This document shows, in pieces, positions 9,073-16,332 of a DNA stretch of 64,000 nucleotides. The notes below the pieces were generated by a model, which was given only the letters and a program-made list of their open reading frames with translations, was not told the DNA's origin and did no database searches. The translations under genes and the position numbers were made by a program. The stretch covers positions 18,274 through 82,273 of the forward strand of contig LCNZ01000005.1 of assembly GCA_001002325.1 (NCBI GenBank), in the 5' to 3' direction. Position 1 is the first letter of the stretch. Each line of letters starts with the position of its first letter. Origin of the DNA: Candidatus Amesbacteria bacterium GW2011_GWB1_47_19. Its GTDB lineage: Bacteria; Patescibacteriota; Microgenomatia; CAZETR01; Amesbacteraceae.

Positions 9073-9143
9073 AGCGGCTAAGGGGAATCGAACCCCTGTC
9101 ATCTCCTTGGCAAGGAGAAGTTCTACCATTGAACCATAGCCGC
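9073..9143 (-). tRNA. tRNA-Gly (anticodon GCC)
   Basis: Acceptor gcggcta/tagccgc, anticodon loop ttGCCaa, T-loop ttcgatt. Confidence 0.85.
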
Positions 9144-9147
9144 AGTG

Positions 9148-9220
9148 TGCCGAGAGCTGGAGTCGAACCAGCATCTGACGCTCTTCAGGCGCCCGCCGTA
9201 ACCACCTTGGCTATCTCGGC
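9148..9220 (-). tRNA. tRNA-Phe (anticodon GAA)
   Basis: Acceptor gccgaga/tctcggc, anticodon loop ctGAAga, T-arm gctggttcgactccagc. Confidence 0.85.
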
Positions 9221-9295
9221 GAAGGAATGAAATGACTGAGCTGAGATACAGCGTAAGTCGTATCTCGGCAAGGAACGAGCTTCAGTTGGATTTTA

Positions 9296-9478
9296 CTACA
9301 TCCGGGGAGGGCTTAAACAGTATCCAGTGCGGTCTCTCCCTTTTTTTAAAAATCTAAAATCTGTATTAAATAGTTTATCAACTTGAGCCGCGGATGGTCT
9401 AATACCTGTATTTTTTTCCACCAAATCTTGAAAATTAGATATTATTTCTTCCCGAAGTTGTTCTTGGGAGGTAGCCAT
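9296..9478 (-). CDS. hypothetical small ORF (60 aa)
   Basis: ORF only. Sits between tRNA-Phe and tRNA-Val. No similarity recognised. Confidence 0.2.
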   Translation of the reverse strand: MATSQEQLREEIISNFQDLVEKNTGIRPSAAQVDKLFNTDFRFLKKGRDRTGYCLSPPRM

Positions 9479-9523
9479 TTATTGATTGTATACCTGGGGT
9501 CAATAGTTGCTGACGCTGTCTGG

Positions 9524-9597
9524 TGGACGATGAGGGACTCGAACCCCCGACCCCCGCTGTGTAAAAGCGATGCTCTAACCAGCTGAGCTAATCGTCC
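9524..9597 (-). tRNA. tRNA-Val (anticodon TAC), CCA encoded
   Basis: Acceptor ggacgat/atcgtcc, anticodon loop ttTACac, T-arm gggggttcgagtccctc, followed by cca. Confidence 0.85.
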
Positions 9598-9616
9598 TGA
9601 GATTATATTACAGCTG

Positions 9617-9700
9617 TGGGCAAGAGAGGACTTGAACCTCCACTCCCTTGCGGGAACAGGCTCCTGAAGCCTGCGCGTCTGCCAGTTCCGCCACTTGCCC
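9617..9700 (-). tRNA. tRNA-Leu (anticodon CAG), type II
   Basis: Acceptor gggcaag/cttgccc, anticodon stem caggc/gcctg with loop ttCAGga, long variable arm, T-loop ttcaagt. Confidence 0.85.
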
Positions 9701-9945
9701 TAGAACTGATTCATGAGCTCCGCAATTATCTCACGTCCGAAACCGGATTTGAAGAATTTCTCAAGATTCCTGGCCTGTATTCTGGTATCGCACTCTTCGA
9801 CGTGAATCAATCGCAACGGCAAATGACCTCTTGTGGAGGGCGATTTACCACTTTCGTGTTGATACAGGCGTCTTTGTAAGTTGTTGGTTATCCCTTTGTA
9901 AATGAATTTATCCCCGTAACTTTGAAGGATATAAACAAAATACAT
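9700..9945 (-). CDS. GIY-YIG nuclease family mini-protein
   Basis: MYFVYILQS...KFIYKGITNNLQRRLYQHE. The stop codon overlaps nt 1 of tRNA-Leu(CAG). Confidence 0.8.
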   Translation of the reverse strand: MYFVYILQSYGDKFIYKGITNNLQRRLYQHESGKSPSTRGHLPLRLIHVEECDTRIQARNLEKFFKSGFGREIIAELMNQF

Positions 9946-9948
9946 GTT

Positions 9949-10073
9949 TGAAGCCTGCGCGCCTGCCTGCCGGCAGGCAGGTCTGCCAGTTCCGCCACTT
10001 GCCCTAGAACTGATTCATGAGCTCCGCAATTATCTCACGTCCGAAACCGGATTTGAAGAATTTCTCAAGATTC
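9949..10073 (-). repeat. direct repeat of 9665-9769 (GIY-YIG 3' end plus tRNA-Leu nt 1-36) with inserted 20-bp palindrome
   Basis: 13 + 92 nt are identical to 9665-9677 and 9678-9769. Perfect palindrome CCTGCCTGCCGGCAGGCAGG at 9962-9981 sits between them. Confidence 0.8.
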
Positions 10074-10194
10074 TTATGAGAAAAATGAATCAATCAAACT
10101 GCTTATATTGATGTACCCAAACCAAAATGTCATATGTCTTACGCGAAAAAAATATAAAATTGTCAATTCATTGGGTATAATTAAGAAAGTAGGA

Positions 10195-10278
10195 GCCGGG
10201 ATGCTGAAACTGGTAGACAGGCATGCTTGAGGGGCATGTGTCAGCAATGGCGTGGAGGTTCGAGTCCTCTTCCCGGCA
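10195..10278 (+). tRNA. tRNA-Leu (anticodon GAG), type II
   Basis: Acceptor gccggga/tcccggc, anticodon stem catgc/gcatg with loop ttGAGgg, long variable arm. Confidence 0.8.
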
Positions 10279-10282
10279 CACT

Positions 10283-10366
10283 GCCGGGGTGGCGAAATGG
10301 TAGACGCAAGGGCCTTAAGAGCCCTCGGTCCAAAAGACCATGCGAGTTCGAGTCTCGCCCCCGGCA
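10283..10366 (+). tRNA. tRNA-Leu (anticodon TAA), type II
   Basis: Acceptor gccgggg/ccccggc, anticodon stem agggc/gccct with loop ctTAAga, T-arm gcgagttcgagtctcgc. Confidence 0.85.
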
Positions 10367-10368
10367 CA

Positions 10369-10764
10369 ATGAGTTTTGAGTGTGTTAATTGTCATTACCT
10401 GGTACGGGAAGGTAAAAGATATGCCGGGACGGAAAACAGAAACCATTGCACGAAATGTTTGTGGTCATTGCATGCGGATTTAAGACCTGGTGACAGAAAA
10501 GCATTGTGCGGAGGAAAAATGAATCCCGCGGGGCTTACTTTTAAGCGGGTGAAAAAAGATAAGTACGGGAAAGAAAAGGTTGGAGAATTGATGCTAGTAC
10601 ACCAATGCGTAAAATGCCTAGAAGTATCAATAAACAGGATTGCGGCGGATGACGACCCGGTGGAAATAATGAATCTCGTAAATTCCGGTTTTTCTGTTGA
10701 AGGAATCAGTGTGCTGGATGAGGCTGACAGGTCGGAAGTACGCAGGCAGCTATTCGGGGTGTAA
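10369..10764 (+). CDS. RNHCP-domain zinc-ribbon protein
   Basis: Literal RNHCTKC signature plus additional CxxC pairs. The ATG lies 2 nt after tRNA-Leu(TAA). The ORF-track upstream extension from 10252 covers two tRNAs and is rejected. Confidence 0.6.
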   Translation: MSFECVNCHYLVREGKRYAGTENRNHCTKCLWSLHADLRPGDRKALCGGKMNPAGLTFKRVKKDKYGKEKVGELMLVHQCVKCLEVSINRIAADDDPVEIMNLVNSGFSVEGISVLDEADRSEVRRQLFGV

Positions 10765-10775
10765 AATTATAAACA

Positions 10776-10848
10776 CGGAGAGTGGCGCAGCTGGTAGCGC
10801 GCATCGTTTGGGACGATGAGGCCCCGGGTTCGAGTCCCGGCTCTCCGA
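10776..10848 (+). tRNA. tRNA-Pro (anticodon TGG)
   Basis: Acceptor cggagag/ctctccg, anticodon stem catcg/cgatg with loop ttTGGga, T-arm ccgggttcgagtcccgg. Confidence 0.85.
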
Positions 10849-10904
10849 CAAAGTTGAGGCGAAGTTTATTTTTAGCGTGAAATGGTTTAGGATATTGTCA
10901 GAGT

Positions 10905-11345
10905 ATGTGGAAAAAATCGTGGGGAGTGTTTGTAGGTGCGGGACTGGTAGCCGGTTTGTTGCCGGTGATGGTCTGGGGGGTTAGTTCCGGAACCAGGACA
11001 CTGTTCTCCACCCGGGCTCAGACACATGAACTGAGATTATGGTGGGAGCCGGCGGAAGCGACCCTGCGGATAGATCAGGCGATGAAATTTAAGCTGATGG
11101 CAAATGTTGAAAGTAAAAACGGAATTCCGGCACTGGAAATGGAATTGGATATCCCCAAGGGGATACTTGTAGCCCCGAAGATTGTCAGATACGGTAAACT
11201 TATCGGTACCTCAGTGGTCGGTGAAGTGGATGTAGTGGCGGTAAACCAGGGAGATTTTTTGATTGGTATCATAGAAGACAAAGTAGTTACCGGCTATCCT
11301 GATATCACCATAATAGCCTCTCCGGTAAAAATCAAAGTCAGGTAA
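10905..11345 (+). CDS. hypothetical secreted protein (first gene of pilin-like operon)
   Basis: N-terminal signal/TM. Ends 4 nt before the next gene. Confidence 0.45.
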   Translation: MWKKSWGVFVGAGLVAGLLPVMVWGVSSGTRTLFSTRAQTHELRLWWEPAEATLRIDQAMKFKLMANVESKNGIPALEMELDIPKGILVAPKIVRYGKLIGTSVVGEVDVVAVNQGDFLIGIIEDKVVTGYPDITIIASPVKIKVR

Positions 11346-11348
11346 AGT

Positions 11349-11795
11349 ATGAAGTTCAAGCCTGCCCTGTCCCTGATCGAATTATTGCTGGTAGTATCGC
11401 TGATCGGCATTCTGTCGCTGCCGGGAGTATTGGGAATAATTAATATCAGAGCCCGCCAGTCACTGGATGTATCTACTAACAAGTTTGCCGAGATTATGCG
11501 ACAAGCCCACATTTTTTCGAGGGAAAACAGAGAAAGTTTGAGTTGGGGAGTAAAAGGAACCGATAAGAATAGTTACCAACTGGTGACCCGGGATGCGACC
11601 AAGACAGTGACAGTCAGGGAAAAGCACAGACTGGAATCGCCGACAGTTTTTATAATTTATCCGTTTGAAGTGTGGTTTGACCAGGGAACGGGAAATACCG
11701 AAATCAACCGGATTTTCATGACCTATGCGTCCAAGGGCGGTACCCGAGTGGTGGGTTTGTCCCCGACCGGTTTAGTAGTTATCGGTATCCTATGA
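11349..11795 (+). CDS. Type IV pilin-like protein (prepilin-type N-terminal domain)
   Basis: N-terminus MKFKPA|LSLIELLLVVSLIGIL is a class III signal. Ala, not Gly, sits at position -1. Confidence 0.7.
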   Translation: MKFKPALSLIELLLVVSLIGILSLPGVLGIINIRARQSLDVSTNKFAEIMRQAHIFSRENRESLSWGVKGTDKNSYQLVTRDATKTVTVREKHRLESPTVFIIYPFEVWFDQGTGNTEINRIFMTYASKGGTRVVGLSPTGLVVIGIL

Positions 11796-12283
11796 AACCC
11801 CGGGCGTTTACAATAATTGAAGTTGTACTGGCGATAACTCTTTTAATCATTTTGGTAACCAGCGTATATCCCCTGGTGGGATGGATGAGAACCAAATCGA
11901 TACGTCTGCAATACGACAGCCAGGCAGCGCTGGTACTTCAGGAAGGGATGGAGGCGGCATACAGCGTTATGATGTCCGACTGGAGCGGCTTTCCTCCCGG
12001 ACCGGGTTATTTTTATCCGATAATTGATGCGTCTTCGGGAACACCAGTCTGGAAGCTGACTGCCGGAATACAATCTAATTATCAGGCCAGGTTTGAAAGA
12101 AAAATACTGATATCCCAGGTATGCCGGAGGCTGGTAACCGGTCAGATGGAAAATACTCCGTGCCAGGCCGATTATCCTGCCGATCCATACAGCCGGAAAG
12201 TTACAACCACCGTAAGCTGGAGGGAATCAGGAAAAACCAAGAGTATTAACGCCCAATTATTAACGGTGAGTATAAACCGATGA
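11792..12283 (+). CDS. Type IV pilin-like protein (prepilin-type N-terminal domain)
   Basis: MKPRA|FTIIEVVLAITLLIIL. ATGA overlap with the upstream gene. Confidence 0.7.
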   Translation: MKPRAFTIIEVVLAITLLIILVTSVYPLVGWMRTKSIRLQYDSQAALVLQEGMEAAYSVMMSDWSGFPPGPGYFYPIIDASSGTPVWKLTAGIQSNYQARFERKILISQVCRRLVTGQMENTPCQADYPADPYSRKVTTTVSWRESGKTKSINAQLLTVSINR

Positions 12284-12726
12284 AGAAGGGAATATCTCTA
12301 ATAGAATTGTTAATTGCCATGGCGCTGGCGGTGTTTGTATTTTTGCTGGTGATATCGATGCTGATGACAATACTAACGGCAAATGCCAGAAGCAGCCGGC
12401 AGGAGACGTTTGAGCAGACAAAAAACGATTTGCAGAGCGAGCTGACAAACGCTGTTAAATGGGGTAAGGATATCAGCTGGTCTTCAGGACAGCTGATCGT
12501 AGACGGTGTAGCGTATTCGAGGATCAGCAATGTGATAATAAAAAACGGACAGTTGTTGACGCCACCGCAAGTCAAAATCACCAACTGGACAATAACCGAG
12601 TTGGGGCAGGGAGATCCGAACATCAGTTTGCGCATGGAAATAGCTATGGAAAACGCAGCTAACAGCAGTATTAAAGACAACATGATTTTGACAGTTACAA
12701 AAAGGCAGACGATCATTGTGAAATGA
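12280..12726 (+). CDS. Type IV pilin-like protein (prepilin-type N-terminal domain)
   Basis: MKKG|ISLIELLIAMALAVFVF. ATGA overlap with the upstream gene. Confidence 0.7.
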   Translation: MKKGISLIELLIAMALAVFVFLLVISMLMTILTANARSSRQETFEQTKNDLQSELTNAVKWGKDISWSSGQLIVDGVAYSRISNVIIKNGQLLTPPQVKITNWTITELGQGDPNISLRMEIAMENAANSSIKDNMILTVTKRQTIIVK

Positions 12727-14021
12727 AAACCATGCGAAATACCAACGGTGTTGCTGTGATGATGCTGGTGCTGGTAGTGTCCATGATAGCGGCTTTTATG
12801 GCCATTGCCTGGCAGTCACGGATTTTATTGGGGGTATACAGGAATAAAGCCCTGTCGGACATTATTGCCGTTTCTTACCATGGGGAGTCCAAGGCCAATG
12901 ACATCCTGGGCAAATTCCTGGGAGATTATCCGGGGGCATTTACTTATAATTTTGAAACTCCATGGGAAGATTTGGGAGACGGAACACAATTGAAAGTCGA
13001 GGGAAAACTGATTGATAATAAGGAAACACTAAATATTACAGCCAAGCGAACGTATGCCAGCACCCAATATCAGGTTACCAGGGAGACGGAAACTTTTTCG
13101 GCGGAAGCTTCGGATGCCGAGATAGTATTTTCGCTGGACTGCACGGGATCCATGGCAGCTGCCGCTTGTGCGGATACAAATATTTGCAATTACCAGCCTC
13201 CCGGGAGTCCGTTTTACGCGATTACCAGGATGGACAAACTGAAAGAGGCCTTGATTGTTTTTCTGGACAAGCTGGAAGCGCTTCCAGGGCATGAAAAAAT
13301 AAAGATCGGACTCTCAGTGTTTACATTAAAGAGCGACTGGATGTATACCAGCTACGCTGCGGACGGAACCCCGACCGGACAGGCAATAAAACCCGATAAT
13401 GCGATATCGTCAGATATTCCGGCTATTAAAAGCGCCGTCAATAACTTTCTGGGAAGAAGCGGTGAAGAGCACAGTATGGCTTGTAAAAAAATTCTGACCT
13501 TTACGAATGTAGGAGGGGGACTGATTTTCGCCCATGACTACCTGAAGACCAGAAAACCACTGGGAAAGAAACAGATAGAAATATTGGTTACCGACGGCTG
13601 GTCTAATCAGAGAACTCCACACGCGGGATGCAGCCAAAATATTTTTTGCCCCGGGGATGCGATTTATTGCAGCGGCTATGGTTATACCTGCCCGGTTCCA
13701 TTACCGAACTGTCAGATGCATGGTTGGGAGTTTACAGCCTGTGCGCTGGCAAGTACCCAGCAACAATGGCAACCTATATCTTTTGCGTCCGATCCCTGGC
13801 CTGTCGGAGTACGTGACCCTGAGGTTGATATGTATACGGTGGGTGTATATTCTGATCCGCCTAATTATATAAATTCGGCATTCACCAATTTTTCAAATAA
13901 GTATTTTCAGAATGATGAGGCTTTTCAATTACCGGTTATATTGTCGGATATTTTTGATGAAATATTAGAAAGTTTTACAGTAATTAATGTTCAGCGACTG
14001 GTACCTTCGCCGATAAGATAA
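12723..14021 (+). CDS. von Willebrand factor type A domain protein with N-terminal TM (pilus-associated adhesin-like)
   Basis: MIDAS motif DCTGSM (DxSxS) and downstream TDG. N-terminal hydrophobic helix. ATGA overlap with the last pilin-like gene. Confidence 0.7.
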   Translation: MKTMRNTNGVAVMMLVLVVSMIAAFMAIAWQSRILLGVYRNKALSDIIAVSYHGESKANDILGKFLGDYPGAFTYNFETPWEDLGDGTQLKVEGKLIDNKETLNITAKRTYASTQYQVTRETETFSAEASDAEIVFSLDCTGSMAAAACADTNICNYQPPGSPFYAITRMDKLKEALIVFLDKLEALPGHEKIKIGLSVFTLKSDWMYTSYAADGTPTGQAIKPDNAISSDIPAIKSAVNNFLGRSGEEHSMACKKILTFTNVGGGLIFAHDYLKTRKPLGKKQIEILVTDGWSNQRTPHAGCSQNIFCPGDAIYCSGYGYTCPVPLPNCQMHGWEFTACALASTQQQWQPISFASDPWPVGVRDPEVDMYTVGVYSDPPNYINSAFTNFSNKYFQNDEAFQLPVILSDIFDEILESFTVINVQRLVPSPIR

Positions 14022-14046
14022 AATGGGTTATAATTCTTCGGGAATT

Positions 14047-14088
14047 GCGGGTGTAGCTCAATGGCAGACCTGCCTGTCGGCAGGCAGG
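14047..14088 (+). repeat. 5' 22 nt of tRNA-Gly(TCC) followed by 20-bp near-palindrome
   Basis: 14047-14068 gcgggtgtagctcaatggcaga is identical to 14341-14362. Then CCTGCCTGTCGGCAGGCAGG at 14069-14088. Confidence 0.75.
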
Positions 14089-14108
14089 GAGCCAGAACTT
14101 TGATTTTA

Positions 14109-14327
14109 ATGAAAAGGTATTTTGTATATATCACCCGCAGTAAATCAACCGGCAGATTTTATACCGGTATGACAAACGACTTGCAAAGAAGGTTAAAACA
14201 GCATAACCGACTAACATCAAATACCCTTGCTACAAGGAAATTGACCGACTTTGAAATTGTTTACAAAGAAATGCAACAAAGCAGAGCAGAAGCAAGAAAA
14301 GTAGAGAGTTTCGTGACAAAATTGTAA
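14109..14327 (+). CDS. GIY-YIG nuclease family mini-protein
   Basis: MKRYFVYITRSKSTGRFYTGMTNDLQRRLKQHN. The ORF-track start at 14061 lies inside the tRNA fragment/palindrome. The ATG at 14109 is preferred. Confidence 0.75.
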   Translation: MKRYFVYITRSKSTGRFYTGMTNDLQRRLKQHNRLTSNTLATRKLTDFEIVYKEMQQSRAEARKVESFVTKL

Positions 14328-14340
14328 AATTCGGTAGCAT

Positions 14341-14411
14341 GCGGGTGTAGCTCAATGGCAGAGCGCCAGTTTTCCAAACTGGTGACGAGGGTCCGATTCC
14401 CTTCACCCGCT
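14341..14411 (+). tRNA. tRNA-Gly (anticodon TCC)
   Basis: Acceptor gcgggtg/cacccgc, anticodon stem ccagt/actgg with loop ttTCCaa, T-loop tccgatt. Confidence 0.85.
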
Positions 14412-14561
14412 CAATAGCGAAATGGTTTTGTGTTTTCTCCAATTTTCCTCAAGAAATCGATCTTTTCCCGAGTTCTAGCCACCATTTTTAGCGTTTTATC
14501 TTTGGCCTGGAAAAAATCATACCGGTAACCGGAGTCGGACCTAATTTGTAGAAAAAATGAG

Positions 14562-15377
14562 TCAGTTTATACTGGAAACTCGCATCCAAATCGGATAATG
14601 GTCAGATAGATTTCCGTATTTTTCGTCAGTTATAACCTTGAATTCTTCTAGTTTTATCAGGTTGTTTCCGAAAGCATAATCTAATCTGAGTATAGGCTCA
14701 TTTACGGGAAGCGGAAATAATTTTGCCGGAACTGTGTCACCTTTTCCTTTACCAAGATCAACAAAACCTGCATTTGTAAGTATTTTCGTTACTTCGCCTC
14801 GTTTCATCTCGTTAAGTGATCCCTTCATACTTTTCATAGGTCCGGGGAATTTACGACCTAATGTCTCTAATTGTTTGTCGGTTTCTGCTAAATCATCATT
14901 ATCAAAGGTGTTTAAATCCCCTGTAATTATCGTTGGAGTGTTTGGGTTGACTAATTTTAATACTGCCTCGATTTGTTTAATTCTAGTATCTTCACTGACA
15001 TCGTCTAAATAGACTGAAAATATATCTATTCCACCAACCTTAGTTCTAATCGCATTTCTGGTAGCAAGCCAAATAGTTTGAATTTCCGTTTCGGCGATTT
15101 GAGAGAAAACAGTAATACCATTGTCATGTCCTTTTGTTACTAATCTTTGATCTTCTAGCTTTACTGTGTGCACGTAGGGGTATCCAAATATTTGTTTTAA
15201 CTCATCTGGTGTAAAAACTTCTGTCCATCTATGGGTATCAACTAAACTGACAATATCTGGGTTCAAATCTTTGATGACACTAGCTAAACCATCAATTCGT
15301 TCAGGTCTTTTTTCTGGGCTGCCATAATCTTTAAAACCACCACTTAAAATATTCCAAGACAAAATTTCTGTTGACAT
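14562..15377 (-). CDS. Endonuclease/exonuclease/phosphatase (EEP) family protein
   Basis: N-terminal SWNIL..GG, a D/N-rich core and C-terminal SDHYPI, all typical of the EEP fold. Start chosen at MSTEIL. Confidence 0.7.
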   Translation of the reverse strand: MSTEILSWNILSGGFKDYGSPEKRPERIDGLASVIKDLNPDIVSLVDTHRWTEVFTPDELKQIFGYPYVHTVKLEDQRLVTKGHDNGITVFSQIAETEIQTIWLATRNAIRTKVGGIDIFSVYLDDVSEDTRIKQIEAVLKLVNPNTPTIITGDLNTFDNDDLAETDKQLETLGRKFPGPMKSMKGSLNEMKRGEVTKILTNAGFVDLGKGKGDTVPAKLFPLPVNEPILRLDYAFGNNLIKLEEFKVITDEKYGNLSDHYPIWMRVSSIN

Positions 15378-15476
15378 ATGTTTTATTTCGGTCCTGCGGC
15401 TAAGATGGATCACAATTTGTGCCATCAGCTCCCTTAAAAGGTACTTTCACCGCAGAGATTATTCGGTACCCAAATA

Positions 15477-16154
15477 TTAGCATATTTTTCGATCTTTGTG
15501 ACGTTTGCCAAATACTTCTAAAAACAGAAAAGGATTCATTTTCTCAAGATAGTCTTCGAATACGTTTAGTTGTAAAATAACATCAGCTGTTACGTAATAG
15601 CGAAGAATTATTTTTACCGCTGTTGCAAATGACATATCAGAATGTTCGAGTAGATACGCTCCCAGGAAAGGGGTATAGATTCTGCCGGGGTTAGTTTCGA
15701 TGACTGTTTTTAACTCGCTTACTTTTATCCAATGGCAACCTTTGGTCTCATTGGTTTCACTGGCAGGAGTTCCTGTCGCAGTGCATCTGAAAATGAATCC
15801 AACAAATGGACCTTCCGGCGATTGAGTTACACAAAAGGGATGGAAAATATCTGAAGACATGTCATGTGAGCTTGTGTGTAGCGTTTCATCTTCGCCACCC
15901 ACCAATGTGATCTCCAGCCCAGATTCTTCCAGCACCTCTCTTCTGACCGTCTGGTATATTGACTCACCTGCACGGAATTTACCACCAGGTATTTCAAGCG
16001 TTCCTGAAAATTTAGGGTCGGACTCCTTACTGCGAGTCTGAACGATTATTTCTTTTTCGCCTGAATCCCCGAGTCTTTCGATTATCGCCCCGACAAATGG
16101 AATTGTCAGCGCCTCTGTGCCTATGCGCGGTAATTTATCATAGGGAATGTACAT
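15477..16154 (-). CDS. NUDIX hydrolase
   Basis: Nudix box GGKFRAGESIYQTVRREVLEESGL. Confidence 0.8.
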   Translation of the reverse strand: MYIPYDKLPRIGTEALTIPFVGAIIERLGDSGEKEIIVQTRSKESDPKFSGTLEIPGGKFRAGESIYQTVRREVLEESGLEITLVGGEDETLHTSSHDMSSDIFHPFCVTQSPEGPFVGFIFRCTATGTPASETNETKGCHWIKVSELKTVIETNPGRIYTPFLGAYLLEHSDMSFATAVKIILRYYVTADVILQLNVFEDYLEKMNPFLFLEVFGKRHKDRKIC

Positions 16155-16332
16155 GGGTGTATTTTAGTTTAAAAGTCGCAAAAATAACAGGTCTTGAGAA
16201 AGTTGTTGAATTCCGTGAGTTGGTAATAAAGCGTAATTATTTCTTCCGGGGTGATATTATTGAAAAGGTTATTTAGTTCGATTCCAGTACGGTTACCGGC
16301 TCATTAAAGATATGAGAATTGAGAAATGAGAG

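Larger units (their letters stand above)
8761..9143 (-). mobile_element. GIY-YIG / tRNA-Gly(GCC) mosaic element (intact tRNA, GIY-YIG ORF, palindrome, tRNA 3' duplicate)
   Basis: Arrangement read directly from the sequence. See findings. Confidence 0.4.
9617..10073 (-). mobile_element. GIY-YIG / tRNA-Leu(CAG) mosaic element
   Basis: Intact tRNA, GIY-YIG ORF, then a duplicated gene-end/tRNA-5' segment carrying the palindrome. Confidence 0.4.
14047..14411 (+). mobile_element. GIY-YIG / tRNA-Gly(TCC) mosaic element
   Basis: tRNA 5' fragment, palindrome, GIY-YIG ORF, then intact tRNA. Confidence 0.4.

Noticed and set aside
9616-9879. ORF 9616-9879 (+)
   Set aside because: It is antisense to tRNA-Leu(CAG) and the GIY-YIG gene. 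GTG start inside the tRNA.
10252-10368. N-terminal extension of ORF 10252-10764 (MEVRVLFPAHCRGG...)
   Set aside because: It reads straight through tRNA-Leu(GAG) and tRNA-Leu(TAA). The real start is the ATG at 10369.
14061-14108. Upstream start of GIY-YIG ORF at 14061 (MADLPVGRQGARTLIL)
   Set aside because: This segment is the duplicated tRNA-Gly 5' fragment plus the palindrome. The GIY-YIG domain begins at MKRYFVYI (14109).
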